46,204 nucleotides of DNA from a virus (lineage: Duplodnaviria; Heunggongvirae; Uroviricota; Caudoviricetes). The notes below the pieces were generated by a model. The model did not search any database and was not told the origin of the DNA. It worked only from the letters and a program-made list of their open reading frames with translations. Every line of letters begins with the position of its first letter. Position 1 is the first letter of the stretch. The stretch lies in IMG/VR virus record IMGVR_UViG_2541047747_000001; one strand, given 5' to 3'. The translations under genes were made by a program, and so were the position numbers. Shown here in pieces: positions 20,423 to 29,636 of this stretch.

Positions 20423-20643
20423 TCCGCCACATCGTTAATTCCCTGTATCACCGATACAACCGTTGCCCCCGAGTGGGGCAGTGGTTTACCACCAGCAACG
20501 GCCTCGTTCTGCGGGTTTGCCTGGTCAATGCAGAAAGTCAGAAGGTTGTCTGCCAGGTGCAGGGGCGTACTTATACCCTGAGTTACCCGCTGGTGGCGTT
20601 TCAGTCCGGAAAAATGTTTAAGCGTCTGGGAGGTGTCGTATGA
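20419..20643 (+). CDS. hypothetical small protein
   Basis: 74-aa ORF coupled on both sides (ATGA overlaps). Confidence 0.45.
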   Translation: MIRHIVNSLYHRYNRCPRVGQWFTTSNGLVLRVCLVNAESQKVVCQVQGRTYTLSYPLVAFQSGKMFKRLGGVV

Positions 20644-21566
20644 GTAGCAAGATCCTCGGTAATGTCTGGGATGCATGCGCAGCATATGGCGTCAAAGGTG
20701 CAAAACTGATGATTATGGCGCGCCTGGCTGATTATTCGAATGATGACGGGGTGTGCTACCCGGGTGTTGAAACCATATGTCGACAGCTTGGATTGGGAGA
20801 AAGTACAGTCAGAACGGCAATCTCCGAACTGGAGGCTGATGGCTGGCTGACGCGTCAGTCACGCCGCAAAGGTAACCGTAATACGTCCAATCTTTATCAT
20901 CTGAATGCTGATCGGCTTGAGCAGCTTGCCAGAACTGAGCGGGATAAGGTTGCAGAACTGAAACAGCAGCGCAGACTTTCAGTATTACGTGACCCTTCAG
21001 ATTCTGAACTTTCAAAATCTGAACCGTCAGAATCTGTATGTTCAGGCGTGTTTGAGCCTTCAGATTCTGGCAAAAATACGCGTTTGACCCTTCAGAATCT
21101 GACTCCAGATCCACAAGGTTTAAAACATGAACCACCAGTAAATTCAAAACATGAACCGCAAGATATTGGCGCATCCGCTGACGCGTCTGCACCAGCGCGT
21201 TCTGCCAGACAGGAATATTCACCGGAATTTGAACAGGCCTGGCAGGAATATCCCAAACGTGCTGGTGGCAATTCAAAATCTGCAGCCTTCAAAGCCTGGA
21301 AAGCCCGTATCAGGGAGGGAATAAAACCGGAGACCATGCTTGATGGCGTGAAGCGGTATGCCGCCTGGGTACGTGCTACAGGAAATACCGGCACACAGTT
21401 CGTGAAGCAGGCTGCGACGTTCTTTGGACCCGATCGTCACTTCGAAGATTACTGGCAACAGCCAGCCGCTCACGGAGGTGGGCGACAGCGACAGGTCGAT
21501 GTCCTGGCTGGCCTGGGAGCCATGTCTGACAAATTCGGTAAATCCAGTAACAAATTGACATTCTGA
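20640..21566 (+). CDS. replication initiation protein (lambda O-like position, N-terminal winged-helix domain)
   Basis: 308 aa; N-terminal HTH region; internal iteron array at the DNA level; followed by DnaC-like and DnaB-like genes. Confidence 0.7.
   Translation: MSSKILGNVWDACAAYGVKGAKLMIMARLADYSNDDGVCYPGVETICRQLGLGESTVRTAISELEADGWLTRQSRRKGNRNTSNLYHLNADRLEQLARTERDKVAELKQQRRLSVLRDPSDSELSKSEPSESVCSGVFEPSDSGKNTRLTLQNLTPDPQGLKHEPPVNSKHEPQDIGASADASAPARSARQEYSPEFEQAWQEYPKRAGGNSKSAAFKAWKARIREGIKPETMLDGVKRYAAWVRATGNTGTQFVKQAATFFGPDRHFEDYWQQPAAHGGGRQRQVDVLAGLGAMSDKFGKSSNKLTF
20994..21157. repeat. candidate replication origin: four near-palindromic iterons plus two direct repeats inside the initiator gene
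   Basis: TCAGATTCTG / TCAGAATCTG at 20997, 21027, 21060 and 21092 (spacing 30-33 bp) and AAAACATGAACC at 21122 and 21146. Confidence 0.6.
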
Positions 21567-21567
21567 G

Positions 21568-22476
21568 GTGACAGCGATGATGACGATTGACCAACGTGAG
21601 AAACAAACAAGACTACAGGCGCGAATGGATGATTTACGGGCAGAAATGGATGAGTTACGGGCAGAGATTGCATTTGCTCAGAAGGGCGAAAAGCCATGGC
21701 CTTATCGTTCCTGCCTGATGCGTGAAGGTCGCGGATATTGCGAAAAACACGGTAAATATCGTACGCATATACTGGTGTGGATCGATCGTAATGGCGAGGA
21801 CAGAGAAAAAATTTCATGCTGCCCTGACTGCTTGATCGCTGAGGCCAGTGATTTGACCATGGAACTGTCGTCCCTCAAGGCGGAAGAACTGACTGATAAC
21901 GCCGGAATTGCTCTGCGTTTTCGGGACTGCGAGTTTGATAATTATCTGGAGGTTAATCCTGACGCAGCCAGAAATCTTGCGGCCTGTCGCCGCTATGCGG
22001 AGAACTGGCCAGATATGCTGGAGAACGGTACCAGTCTTGTTATGACCGGCAGTTGCGGTACCGGGAAAAATCATCTGGCGGTATCAATGGCAAAACACAT
22101 CATCCGTAACTATCTGGCCAGTGTGGAGATCACCGACGTGATGCGCCTTACCCGGGCTGTGAAAAACTGCTGGCGGAATGACAGTGAAAAAACAGCGGAT
22201 GACGTCATTGAGCATTATGCGTCACTGGATTTGCTGATTGTCGACGAAGTCGGCGTTCAGTTTGGCAGTGCGGCTGAAATGGCCATTTTGCAGGAAATTA
22301 TCAATGCCCGGTATGAGGGTATTTTGCCAACTATCCTGATCAGCAACCTTTCACCGGAAGAATTGTGGGCGTTCATCAGTCCCCGGATTGCCGACAGAAT
22401 CACCGATGGCGGGCGCAACTGGTTGTCGTTTAACTGGCCCAGCTACCGTTCTCGTATCGGAGGTGTTGCCGCATGA
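21568..22476 (+). CDS. DnaC/IstB-like AAA+ helicase loader
   Basis: Walker A GSCGTGKNHLA and Walker B LLIVDEVG; N-terminal Cys-rich region. Confidence 0.75.
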   Translation: MTAMMTIDQREKQTRLQARMDDLRAEMDELRAEIAFAQKGEKPWPYRSCLMREGRGYCEKHGKYRTHILVWIDRNGEDREKISCCPDCLIAEASDLTMELSSLKAEELTDNAGIALRFRDCEFDNYLEVNPDAARNLAACRRYAENWPDMLENGTSLVMTGSCGTGKNHLAVSMAKHIIRNYLASVEITDVMRLTRAVKNCWRNDSEKTADDVIEHYASLDLLIVDEVGVQFGSAAEMAILQEIINARYEGILPTILISNLSPEELWAFISPRIADRITDGGRNWLSFNWPSYRSRIGGVAA

Positions 22477-23873
22477 CCAGCCAGAACACCCCGGCATGGC
22501 GTAACGATGACCTGGAAGGCGCTGTCATCGGTGCGTTCTTTCTGCGTGGGGCAGATCCTGAAGTGATGGATATTCTGGTCACACTACCTGCGGACGTTTT
22601 TTCTGTACGAGCGTATAGGGATATCTACACAGGCATCTGCAGACAGGCCCGTGTTTCAGGCGTGATTGACCCTGTGCTGTTGTGTAATGAGATGCCGGAA
22701 CTTGCCCCGGTGATTACTGATACCGGGCGCAAAACCTGGGTGAAGTCTTCACTGGAGCACTATGTTGCAGCGTTGCGGCGCAATGCCGCATTGCGCGATG
22801 CAGAAAAAACGCTGAATGAGGCGTTGCAGAAATTACGTGATGCGCATACCTGTGAAGCAGCTGAAGATGCCCTGAAGGATGCGCAGAACATGATGGCCTC
22901 ATTGTCGACGGAAAAGGGCATTATTCAGCCGGTACATATTGATGATGTGCTTCCGGAGGTGGTTGAGCGTGTTGAATGCCGGAATCAGGGACAGGAGAAA
23001 TCCAGAACGTTGATGACCGGTATTGATGAACTGGACGCAAAAACAGGCGGCATGGAGCCCGGCGACCTGGTATTTATTGCTGCTCGTCCTTCGATGGGTA
23101 AAACCGAACTGGCGCTGGATATCATCGACAAGGTGACTGAACAGGGGCACGGCGTTCTCCTGTTCACAATGGAAATGGCGAACATCCAGATTGGTGAACG
23201 CATGGTATCTGCGGCTGGAGGAATGCCGGTATCACGCCTGAAATCTGTCACTCACTTTGAAGACGAAGACTGGGCACGTTTCTCACAAGGAGTGGGGCGG
23301 ATGACCGGGCGCAATATCTGGATGGTGGACCAGGCGAACCTGACCATTGATGAGATATGCGCAACAACGAAACATCACCTGATTAAACATCCGGAAACGG
23401 CGCTGGTGGTGGTTGATTATCTCGGGCTGATAAAAACCCGAACCACGGGGCGTCATGACCTTGCCGTGGGTGAAATCTCAAAGGGGCTTAAAGGCCTGGC
23501 AAAATCCGGTGGTTTTCCGTTGATTGCGCTGAGCCAGCTCTCCCGCGGTGTGGAGTCCAGACCCAATAAACGCCCCATGAACTCAGACCTGAAAAATTCC
23601 GGAGAAATAGAGGCGGATGCAGACATCATTCTGATGCTTTACAGGGATGAAGTGTACAACCCGGATACGCAGGCCAGGGGCATCGCAGAAATCAATATCA
23701 CGAAACAACGTAACGGTTCTCTGGGGACGATTTATCGGCGTTTTTATAACGGACATTTTCTGCCTGTGGATCAGGAAAGCGCACAGGTTCTTTCCACCCC
23801 AATGCAACAGCCCCAGCCGCGCAGATACAGCAACAAACGAACTGACAGCAGTAAGATGGAGCGTTTCTTTTGA
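22473..23873 (+). CDS. replicative DNA helicase (DnaB family)
   Basis: 466 aa; Walker A context GDLVFIAARPSMGKTELALDI and DnaB-like C-terminal motifs. Confidence 0.85.
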   Translation: MTSQNTPAWRNDDLEGAVIGAFFLRGADPEVMDILVTLPADVFSVRAYRDIYTGICRQARVSGVIDPVLLCNEMPELAPVITDTGRKTWVKSSLEHYVAALRRNAALRDAEKTLNEALQKLRDAHTCEAAEDALKDAQNMMASLSTEKGIIQPVHIDDVLPEVVERVECRNQGQEKSRTLMTGIDELDAKTGGMEPGDLVFIAARPSMGKTELALDIIDKVTEQGHGVLLFTMEMANIQIGERMVSAAGGMPVSRLKSVTHFEDEDWARFSQGVGRMTGRNIWMVDQANLTIDEICATTKHHLIKHPETALVVVDYLGLIKTRTTGRHDLAVGEISKGLKGLAKSGGFPLIALSQLSRGVESRPNKRPMNSDLKNSGEIEADADIILMLYRDEVYNPDTQARGIAEINITKQRNGSLGTIYRRFYNGHFLPVDQESAQVLSTPMQQPQPRRYSNKRTDSSKMERFF

Positions 23874-24127
23874 ACAACCAGACAATGACTTTTACCCCTG
23901 AGCAATTACGTAAACAGGCACAGGAAATGTTGCGGCAGGCGGAACAACTGGAAAAAACAGGTGTAACAAAAGATGCCATTCGTCGGGATATGGTGCCAGC
24001 GCTCAGGGAACTGATGCAGGCAAAACACCGTGCACAAAAAGCAGTGGATGAGCTGGTGGATTGTGTGGCAGAGCTGGAAACCAGAGTTGGTAAGTTTGAA
24101 AAACTGGTGCAGGAGGTACTGCGCTGA
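23870..24127 (+). CDS. hypothetical coiled-coil protein
   Basis: 85-aa ORF coupled between the helicase and Q genes. Confidence 0.45.
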   Translation: MNNQTMTFTPEQLRKQAQEMLRQAEQLEKTGVTKDAIRRDMVPALRELMQAKHRAQKAVDELVDCVAELETRVGKFEKLVQEVLR

Positions 24128-24495
24128 TGCGTGATATGTACGAAGTTTTAGATCGTTGGGGGGCCTGGGCTGCAGCAGATAACAGTGGTGTGGACTGGCA
24201 GCCGATAGCAGCAGGCTTCAAGGGGCTTTTACCACACGGTAAAAAGTCACGTCTCCAGTGTGATGATGACGAAGGTATCATGATAGACGGTTGTGTGGCT
24301 CGGTTGCGAAAGTATAAACCCGAAGAGTATGAGTTGATCATTGCTCACTTTGTTATTGGTATCTCATTACGCGCTATTGCTAAAAAACGGAAATGTTCAG
24401 ATGGAACAATACGGAAAGAGATGCAAACAGCAATGGGGTTTATTGATGGCTGCTTGTCATTTTTCATTTACTACAATGACTTAAGTTCTATGTAA
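24127..24495 (+). CDS. Q: late-gene antitermination protein Q-like
   Basis: 122 aa; N-terminal VLDRWGAWAA and C-terminal HTH-like ISLRAIAKKRKCSDGTIRKEMQTA; lies upstream of the lysis module. Confidence 0.6.
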   Translation: MRDMYEVLDRWGAWAAADNSGVDWQPIAAGFKGLLPHGKKSRLQCDDDEGIMIDGCVARLRKYKPEEYELIIAHFVIGISLRAIAKKRKCSDGTIRKEMQTAMGFIDGCLSFFIYYNDLSSM

Positions 24496-24558
24496 AATCG
24501 TTCTACTTTCCCAACTTTTATGTGTATATAATACCAGGATAAAGTAACGGAGAATCTT

Positions 24559-25599
24559 GTGAACATTCAGGCAGTAGACATTTTTTGTGGTGCGGGGGGC
24601 TTAACTTTTGGGCTAAAAAAAGCCGGGATTGAGGTTTCTCATGGTATTGATATTGATGAATCCTGCCGTTTTGCTATTGAGAGCAATAATCCTTTAACGC
24701 AGTTCATTAATCAGTCAGTTACAGAACTGCAATCCTGCGATGTGTCTGCTATGTTCAAGGAAGGAAATATTAGATTGCTTGCTGGATGTGCTCCTTGCCA
24801 ACCGTTTTCCAAGTATCGTAATCCAAATAGCCGTAAAGACGATACAAAGTGGCGTTTGTTATATGAGTTTCAAAGGCTTGTAAGTGATGTAATGCCAGAG
24901 CTTGTGACGATGGAGAATGTTCCTCAACTTAGAAACCATAAGGTTTTTGAAGGGTTTGTTAGTGCATTAAAGACTCTTGGATATCATTTGTGGTACGACG
25001 TTGTAAGATGTTCTGAGTATGGCTTACCTCAAAATAGACGTAGATTAATTCTAATTGGTTCCCAATTGGGGCCGATCAGCCTTGATCAAAAAAAAGTTAG
25101 CCGTAAAGTTACTGTTAAGGATGCTATTGGTAGGTTGCCAAAAGTAGGGGCAGGTGAGAAGCTGGAAAGCGATCCCTTGCATCGTTCGCCTAAATTGATG
25201 GATATCAATCTTAAACGAATCATGCATTCTTTACCTGGTGGTACGTGGGATGACTGGCCTGAAGAAATTAGAGCAGACTGTCATAAAAAGAATTCAGGTG
25301 CTACCTATAAAAGCGTTTATGGACGGATGGTTTGGGACGATACTAGCCCTACGATAACTACCCAGTGTTATGGATATGGAAATGGACGATTTGGCCATCC
25401 TGAGCAAAATCGCGCCATAACTTTGCGTGAAGCTGCGATTTTGCAATCCTTTCCAATGGATTATAAATTCCTTGACAAGGAGACGCCTTTTTCATTCCAA
25501 AAATTGGGGACAATGATTGGAAATGCTGTTCCCCCTATAATTGGTCAGATAATAGGGGAAACATTTATCAGACATGTTGAGGGGATAAATACCCGTTAG
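24559..25599 (+). CDS. DNA (cytosine-5)-methyltransferase
   Basis: Motif I FCGAGG, motif IV PCQPFS, ENV and QNRRR motifs; GTG start with GGAG RBS. Confidence 0.85.
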   Translation: MNIQAVDIFCGAGGLTFGLKKAGIEVSHGIDIDESCRFAIESNNPLTQFINQSVTELQSCDVSAMFKEGNIRLLAGCAPCQPFSKYRNPNSRKDDTKWRLLYEFQRLVSDVMPELVTMENVPQLRNHKVFEGFVSALKTLGYHLWYDVVRCSEYGLPQNRRRLILIGSQLGPISLDQKKVSRKVTVKDAIGRLPKVGAGEKLESDPLHRSPKLMDINLKRIMHSLPGGTWDDWPEEIRADCHKKNSGATYKSVYGRMVWDDTSPTITTQCYGYGNGRFGHPEQNRAITLREAAILQSFPMDYKFLDKETPFSFQKLGTMIGNAVPPIIGQIIGETFIRHVEGINTR

Positions 25600-26257
25600 A
25601 GGTAATATAATTTTCTGTTGAGTTGATTAATAAACGCAAATATAGATCAATTCTTTCTGACCTCGATTTGACTTCTTCTAAAGGGTCTATTTGACCTTTT
25701 TTAGAAAAGCTGGTACTTCCATGTGCCAGCTCATTTCTGATATCTTTAAGTAAATCTAAGTCAACACCATTTCTACACTCTGGTGAGTTTGCAACAGTTA
25801 TTCCGTAAGCTTGTGTTATTTTGTGCAATACAGACTTGCAAACATTACCATTGAATTCTTTACGTATGTTTAATGAGGCTGAAATGATCCTTTTAGATAT
25901 ATCGGAACCAATTTTTTGATAAAGAGATTTTCCCGATTCATTATCTGAAATGATACGGTGCAAGATATTTACTTGGAATTTCTCCCTGAGTGATGCGTAA
26001 TTTACTTCATTATCTTGCAAATGGTCATAAATTGACTCAATGCATCCTCTGGCAGTGTTTTCAACCTGATTGTACAGCATCATGTGCACGGATGATTTTA
26101 AAATGTTAACCCTAAGGGTATTTGATTCTATTTCATCTTTATGCGTTTGCTGATCTAACTGCTGAGTCTGAGCCTCTAAAGATGACGCAAGAGAAAGCAA
26201 TTCCATAATATCTCTTGCTCTTTCTTCGTATTCATCTCTTAAATCAATCAAACTCAT
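25568..26257 (-). CDS. HEPN-domain protein (putative RNase effector), second gene of DUF262-HEPN cassette
   Basis: 229 aa; C-terminal R-x4-H motif RNELAHG; start 2 bp after the DUF262 gene stop; 3' end overlaps the convergent C5-methyltransferase by 32 bp. Confidence 0.65.
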   Translation of the reverse strand: MSLIDLRDEYEERARDIMELLSLASSLEAQTQQLDQQTHKDEIESNTLRVNILKSSVHMMLYNQVENTARGCIESIYDHLQDNEVNYASLREKFQVNILHRIISDNESGKSLYQKIGSDISKRIISASLNIRKEFNGNVCKSVLHKITQAYGITVANSPECRNGVDLDLLKDIRNELAHGSTSFSKKGQIDPLEEVKSRSERIDLYLRLLINSTENYITSNGYLSPQHV

Positions 26258-26259
26258 AG

Positions 26260-27417
26260 TTACATTCCTAATAATTTATCTTTGACATAAAATATTCTGT
26301 TTTTGAGTTGGCTGGTGTTGTTGGCACTATCAGCAGTAACTATGGTTTCAAATTCCTCCCCAAACAGCCAGTCTCCTACAGGAATAACCGGAGCCTGTAG
26401 ATGTGGATTGGCTTTTAAGGCAAGAGCAGTTCCCACTGCTATGGCTTCGTATCTAGCACGGGGGGTGGTTTTGCTTGTTGGTGTCTTTTTAAACCCCATA
26501 GGGAAATGAGCATCTACAAAAGCAAGCATGCTTTCAAAATCATGTTTAAATTTGTCTACATCTTGTTGTGTGACCCTTTCGGCCTGAACATTAAGATAAT
26601 TGTCAATAAAAGGAGCGACATAACCCTTATAATTTTCTAAATCATTTAAGTATGCAAAAAATCTCAAAACTAACTCACGATGATCGCCATTCGAACGTTT
26701 CCGATCTGATAATGGAGCTAGACTAGCGAAAAGTGGATTTGTTGAGCAAGGAGTCACAACATCCCTATAGAAAATTGAAGTGGCCGCATCTGAACCATGT
26801 CTAACCTCCATCGCTTCCAGTCTCTTAACACCTGAATTTATTCTTTCGAATAAATCTCTTCTATGCTGCTCCTCAACATCACCTTTCAATTCAATAAATC
26901 TTAGTGATGCCCTTAAAAATCGCCTCTGGCGGCTAGCCAAAAGATCTGAAAATTTGAAGCCCTCTAAACTTTTGAGTTCTTTTAAGTCTTTCAATTCAAA
27001 CTGATTGTTCCAAAAGTAGTAAATTGAGCGAATCCTTTGTGAACCGTCAATAATTTCTACACGACCATCCAACTCAGGATCTTCATTAAATACGTCGGAG
27101 ATGTAGAGGTACGGGATTGGAAAATCTAATAATATACTTTCGATGAATCGAGAGGCTGTTTTGATATCCCATTTGTAATCGCGTTGATAATCAGGAATAA
27201 AAAGTTCGTTTTTGTCAGTTTCAAGATTATTGCCATACTTTTGTACAATTAATTCAACGGTCCATTCACGTACGTTGTATCCAATATTTCTCTGAGCAAG
27301 CCTAATCTCGTTGTCGGCAGAAGTGACCAAGGCTGCAATTTCAGCTTTTTTTCTATTTTTCGCGTTTTCATCTTGAATCTGAGCAAGCTCTTCTTTGAGT
27401 TCTTTGAGTGTGGTCAT
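26260..27417 (-). CDS. DUF262 (ParB-like nuclease/NTPase fold) domain protein
   Basis: 385 aa; signature blocks FIPDYQRDYKWD and IIDGSQR; AAGGAA RBS before the start. Confidence 0.7.
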   Translation of the reverse strand: MTTLKELKEELAQIQDENAKNRKKAEIAALVTSADNEIRLAQRNIGYNVREWTVELIVQKYGNNLETDKNELFIPDYQRDYKWDIKTASRFIESILLDFPIPYLYISDVFNEDPELDGRVEIIDGSQRIRSIYYFWNNQFELKDLKELKSLEGFKFSDLLASRQRRFLRASLRFIELKGDVEEQHRRDLFERINSGVKRLEAMEVRHGSDAATSIFYRDVVTPCSTNPLFASLAPLSDRKRSNGDHRELVLRFFAYLNDLENYKGYVAPFIDNYLNVQAERVTQQDVDKFKHDFESMLAFVDAHFPMGFKKTPTSKTTPRARYEAIAVGTALALKANPHLQAPVIPVGDWLFGEEFETIVTADSANNTSQLKNRIFYVKDKLLGM

Positions 27418-27527
27418 ATCACTGTTCCTTTAATTGGAGTTGGAAATAGATTGTAAGAAAACTATAACGCGTACGCAAAAAATATTATATCGTGTTAAGA
27501 GTGGTTACTACGCCACACAGCTTAAAC

Positions 27528-27547
27528 CCGCCGCCAGGCGGTTTTTT
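27528..27547 (+). terminator. rho-independent terminator in the divergent intergenic region
   Basis: CCGCC-gcca-GGCGG followed by TTTTTT; candidate promoter TTGGAA-17-TATAAC about 70 bp upstream. Confidence 0.5.
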
Positions 27548-27670
27548 GTGTCCGAAAAACGGCGCAGTACGTTAAACGTGCTGGTGGTTGCGAATACCTG
27601 TCTTTCAGCTTGCTGGCTTTTTCGACAAGAGTTATTGGTGTGTCACGTTAACCGGAAAAGGGAAAAAGAC

Positions 27671-27868
27671 ATGCTAAAACAGCAGGATATGACAGAAACC
27701 GCCAGAGTAGTGTTTAATGAATTAAGCGTTACCGAACCGGCGACAGTCGGGGAGATAGCGCAGAATACTTACCTTTCACGCGAACGCTGCCAGTTAATAC
27801 TGACCCAGCTGGTTATGGCGGGTCTGGCAGACTATCAGTTCGGTTGTTACAGACGCCTTCCGCAGTGA
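27671..27868 (+). CDS. small winged-helix DNA-binding protein (hypothetical)
   Basis: 66 aa; stop codon lies inside a terminator hairpin (GCCTTC-cgcagt-GAAGGC + TTTTTT, 27855-27880); the 144-aa ORF-track version would read through the terminator at 27528. Confidence 0.5.
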   Translation: MLKQQDMTETARVVFNELSVTEPATVGEIAQNTYLSRERCQLILTQLVMAGLADYQFGCYRRLPQ

Positions 27869-28018
27869 AGGCTTTTTTATTTGTGGTAAATGGGCGGCTG
27901 GTGGGTGTTAGGGGCACCCACCAGCCATCTGCTCATGCGTTGGGTTCACAAGCAAACCTCAGGCCCACTGCTTTGCGCAAAAGCAGAATGAGCCTATCAG
28001 AGACAGGCTTAATGATCC

Positions 28019-29068
28019 ATGCTTAATACTGTAAAAATATCCAGTTGTGAGTTAATCAACGCCGACTGCCTGGAATTTATCCGGTCGTTACCCGAAAATT
28101 CTGTTGACCTGATAGTCACGGACCCGCCGTACTTTAAAGTGAAGCCTGAGGGCTGGGATAACCAGTGGAAGGGCGACGATGATTACCTGAAGTGGCTGGA
28201 CCAGTGTCTGGCGCAGTTCTGGCGGGTGCTGAAACCTGCCGGAAGTCTTTACCTGTTCTGTGGTCATCGCCTGGCATCTGATATCGAAATCATGATGCGT
28301 GAACGCTTCAGTGTGCTGAACCATATTATCTGGGCGAAGCCGTCCGGACGCTGGAACGGATGCAACAAGGAAAGCCTGCGGGCGTATTTCCCCGCCACAG
28401 AGCGCATTCTGTTCGCGGAACATTATCAGGGGCCGTATCGTCCGAAAGATGCCGGGTATGCGGCGAAGGGCAGTGCACTGAAACAGCATGTGATGGCCCC
28501 GCTGATTTCTTACTTTCGTGATGCGCGCGCGGCCCTGGGGATAACGGCAAAACAGATTGCAGATGTCACAGGAAAGAAAAACATGGTGTCGCACTGGTTC
28601 AGTGCCAGTCAGTGGCAGCTACCGAACGAAAGCGATTATCTGAAATTACAGTCGCTGTTTGCCCGGGTGGCAGAAGAGAAACATCAGCGCGGTGAACTGG
28701 AAAAGCCCCACCACCAGCTGGTGGATACGTATACGTCACTGAACCGGCAGTATGTGGAGCTGCAGAGTGAATATAAGCATCTGCGGCGGTATTTTGGTGT
28801 GACGGCGCAGGTGCCGTACACGGATGTATGGACACATAAACCGGTGCAGTTCTATCCCGGGAAACATCCGTGCGAAAAACCGGCAGAAATGCTGCAGCAG
28901 ATAATCAGCGCAAGCAGTCGTCCGGGTGACCTGGTTGCAGATTTTTTTATGGGCTCAGGTTCAACGGTAAAAGCGGCACTGGCGCTCGGGCGTCGTGCGA
29001 TTGGCGTTGAACTGGAGACCGGACGTTTTGAGCAGACAGTCAGGGAAGTTCAGGATTTAATCGTTTGA
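28019..29068 (+). CDS. DNA N6-adenine methyltransferase (DPPY motif)
   Basis: 349 aa; motif IV LIVTDPPY and SAM-binding region FFMGSGST. Confidence 0.8.
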   Translation: MLNTVKISSCELINADCLEFIRSLPENSVDLIVTDPPYFKVKPEGWDNQWKGDDDYLKWLDQCLAQFWRVLKPAGSLYLFCGHRLASDIEIMMRERFSVLNHIIWAKPSGRWNGCNKESLRAYFPATERILFAEHYQGPYRPKDAGYAAKGSALKQHVMAPLISYFRDARAALGITAKQIADVTGKKNMVSHWFSASQWQLPNESDYLKLQSLFARVAEEKHQRGELEKPHHQLVDTYTSLNRQYVELQSEYKHLRRYFGVTAQVPYTDVWTHKPVQFYPGKHPCEKPAEMLQQIISASSRPGDLVADFFMGSGSTVKAALALGRRAIGVELETGRFEQTVREVQDLIV

Positions 29069-29117
29069 AACGGATGAGATTGCAGAATTAATTACGCACC
29101 ATTATTATTCTGCTCCC

Positions 29118-29193
29118 GGCCCTTTAGCTCAGTGGTGAGAGCGAGCGACTCATAATCGCCAGGTCGCTGGTTCAAATCCAGCAAGGGCCACCA
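29118..29193 (+). tRNA. tRNA with CAT anticodon (Ile2/lysidine type, ileX-like, or Met)
   Basis: Manual fold: 7-bp acceptor stem GGCCCTT/AAGGGCC, D-stem GCTC/GAGC, anticodon loop CTCATAA, T-loop TTCAAAT, encoded CCA. Confidence 0.85.
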
Positions 29194-29200
29194 TCACATA

Positions 29201-29277
29201 CCGCCATTAGCTCATCAGGAAAGAGCGCCAGCCTTCGAAGCTGGTTGCGCGGAGTTCGGGTCCCCGAAGGCGGTCCA
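29201..29277 (+). tRNA. tRNA-Arg (anticodon TCG)
   Basis: Manual fold: anticodon stem CCAGC/GCTGG, loop CTTCGAA, encoded CCA; one mismatch each in acceptor and T stems. Confidence 0.65.
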
Positions 29278-29290
29278 TTATCTGTATCCT

Positions 29291-29367
29291 GCGTTGTTAG
29301 CTCAGCCGGACAGAGCAATTGCCTTCTAAGCAATCGGTCACTGGTTCGAATCCAGTACAACGCGCCA
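29291..29367 (+). tRNA. tRNA-Arg (anticodon TCT)
   Basis: Manual fold: perfect acceptor stem GCGTTGT/ACAACGC, anticodon loop CTTCTAA, T-loop TTCGAAT, encoded CCA. Confidence 0.85.
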
Positions 29368-29382
29368 CACTTATTTTCCCTG

Positions 29383-29407
29383 GCTCGCTTTTGCGGGCTT
29401 TTTTTTA
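29383..29407 (+). terminator. rho-independent terminator after the tRNA cluster
   Basis: GCTCGC-tttt-GCGGGC followed by a T8 run. Confidence 0.6.
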
Positions 29408-29606
29408 AATGTCTCACAATTCAGGCGGTTGACTGTTGTCTGGTTTGCGGGGAGTTTGTTAAAAGAAACTGGCATGGTGAATCCCCCTGTGCGGAGGGGC
29501 AATCAGCGAGTAGGTATATGGGATAATCGCGGATTCAGGTGCTGGTACTGAATTCACCGGGAGGCACCCGGCACCATGCAGTTGACTGAAACCATGTATA
29601 CTCTCA

Positions 29607-29636
29607 GGCCCCACGCACATGTGTTGGGGCCTTTTT
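29607..29636 (+). terminator. rho-independent terminator upstream of the lysis genes
   Basis: GGCCCCA...TGGGGCC stem followed by TTTTT; an oppositely oriented hairpin with A8 follows at about 29641-29670. Confidence 0.55.

Noticed and set aside
29245-29526. 93-aa plus-strand ORF across the tRNA cluster
   Set aside because: Overlaps two well-folded tRNA genes and a terminator; it is an artefact of ORF calling.
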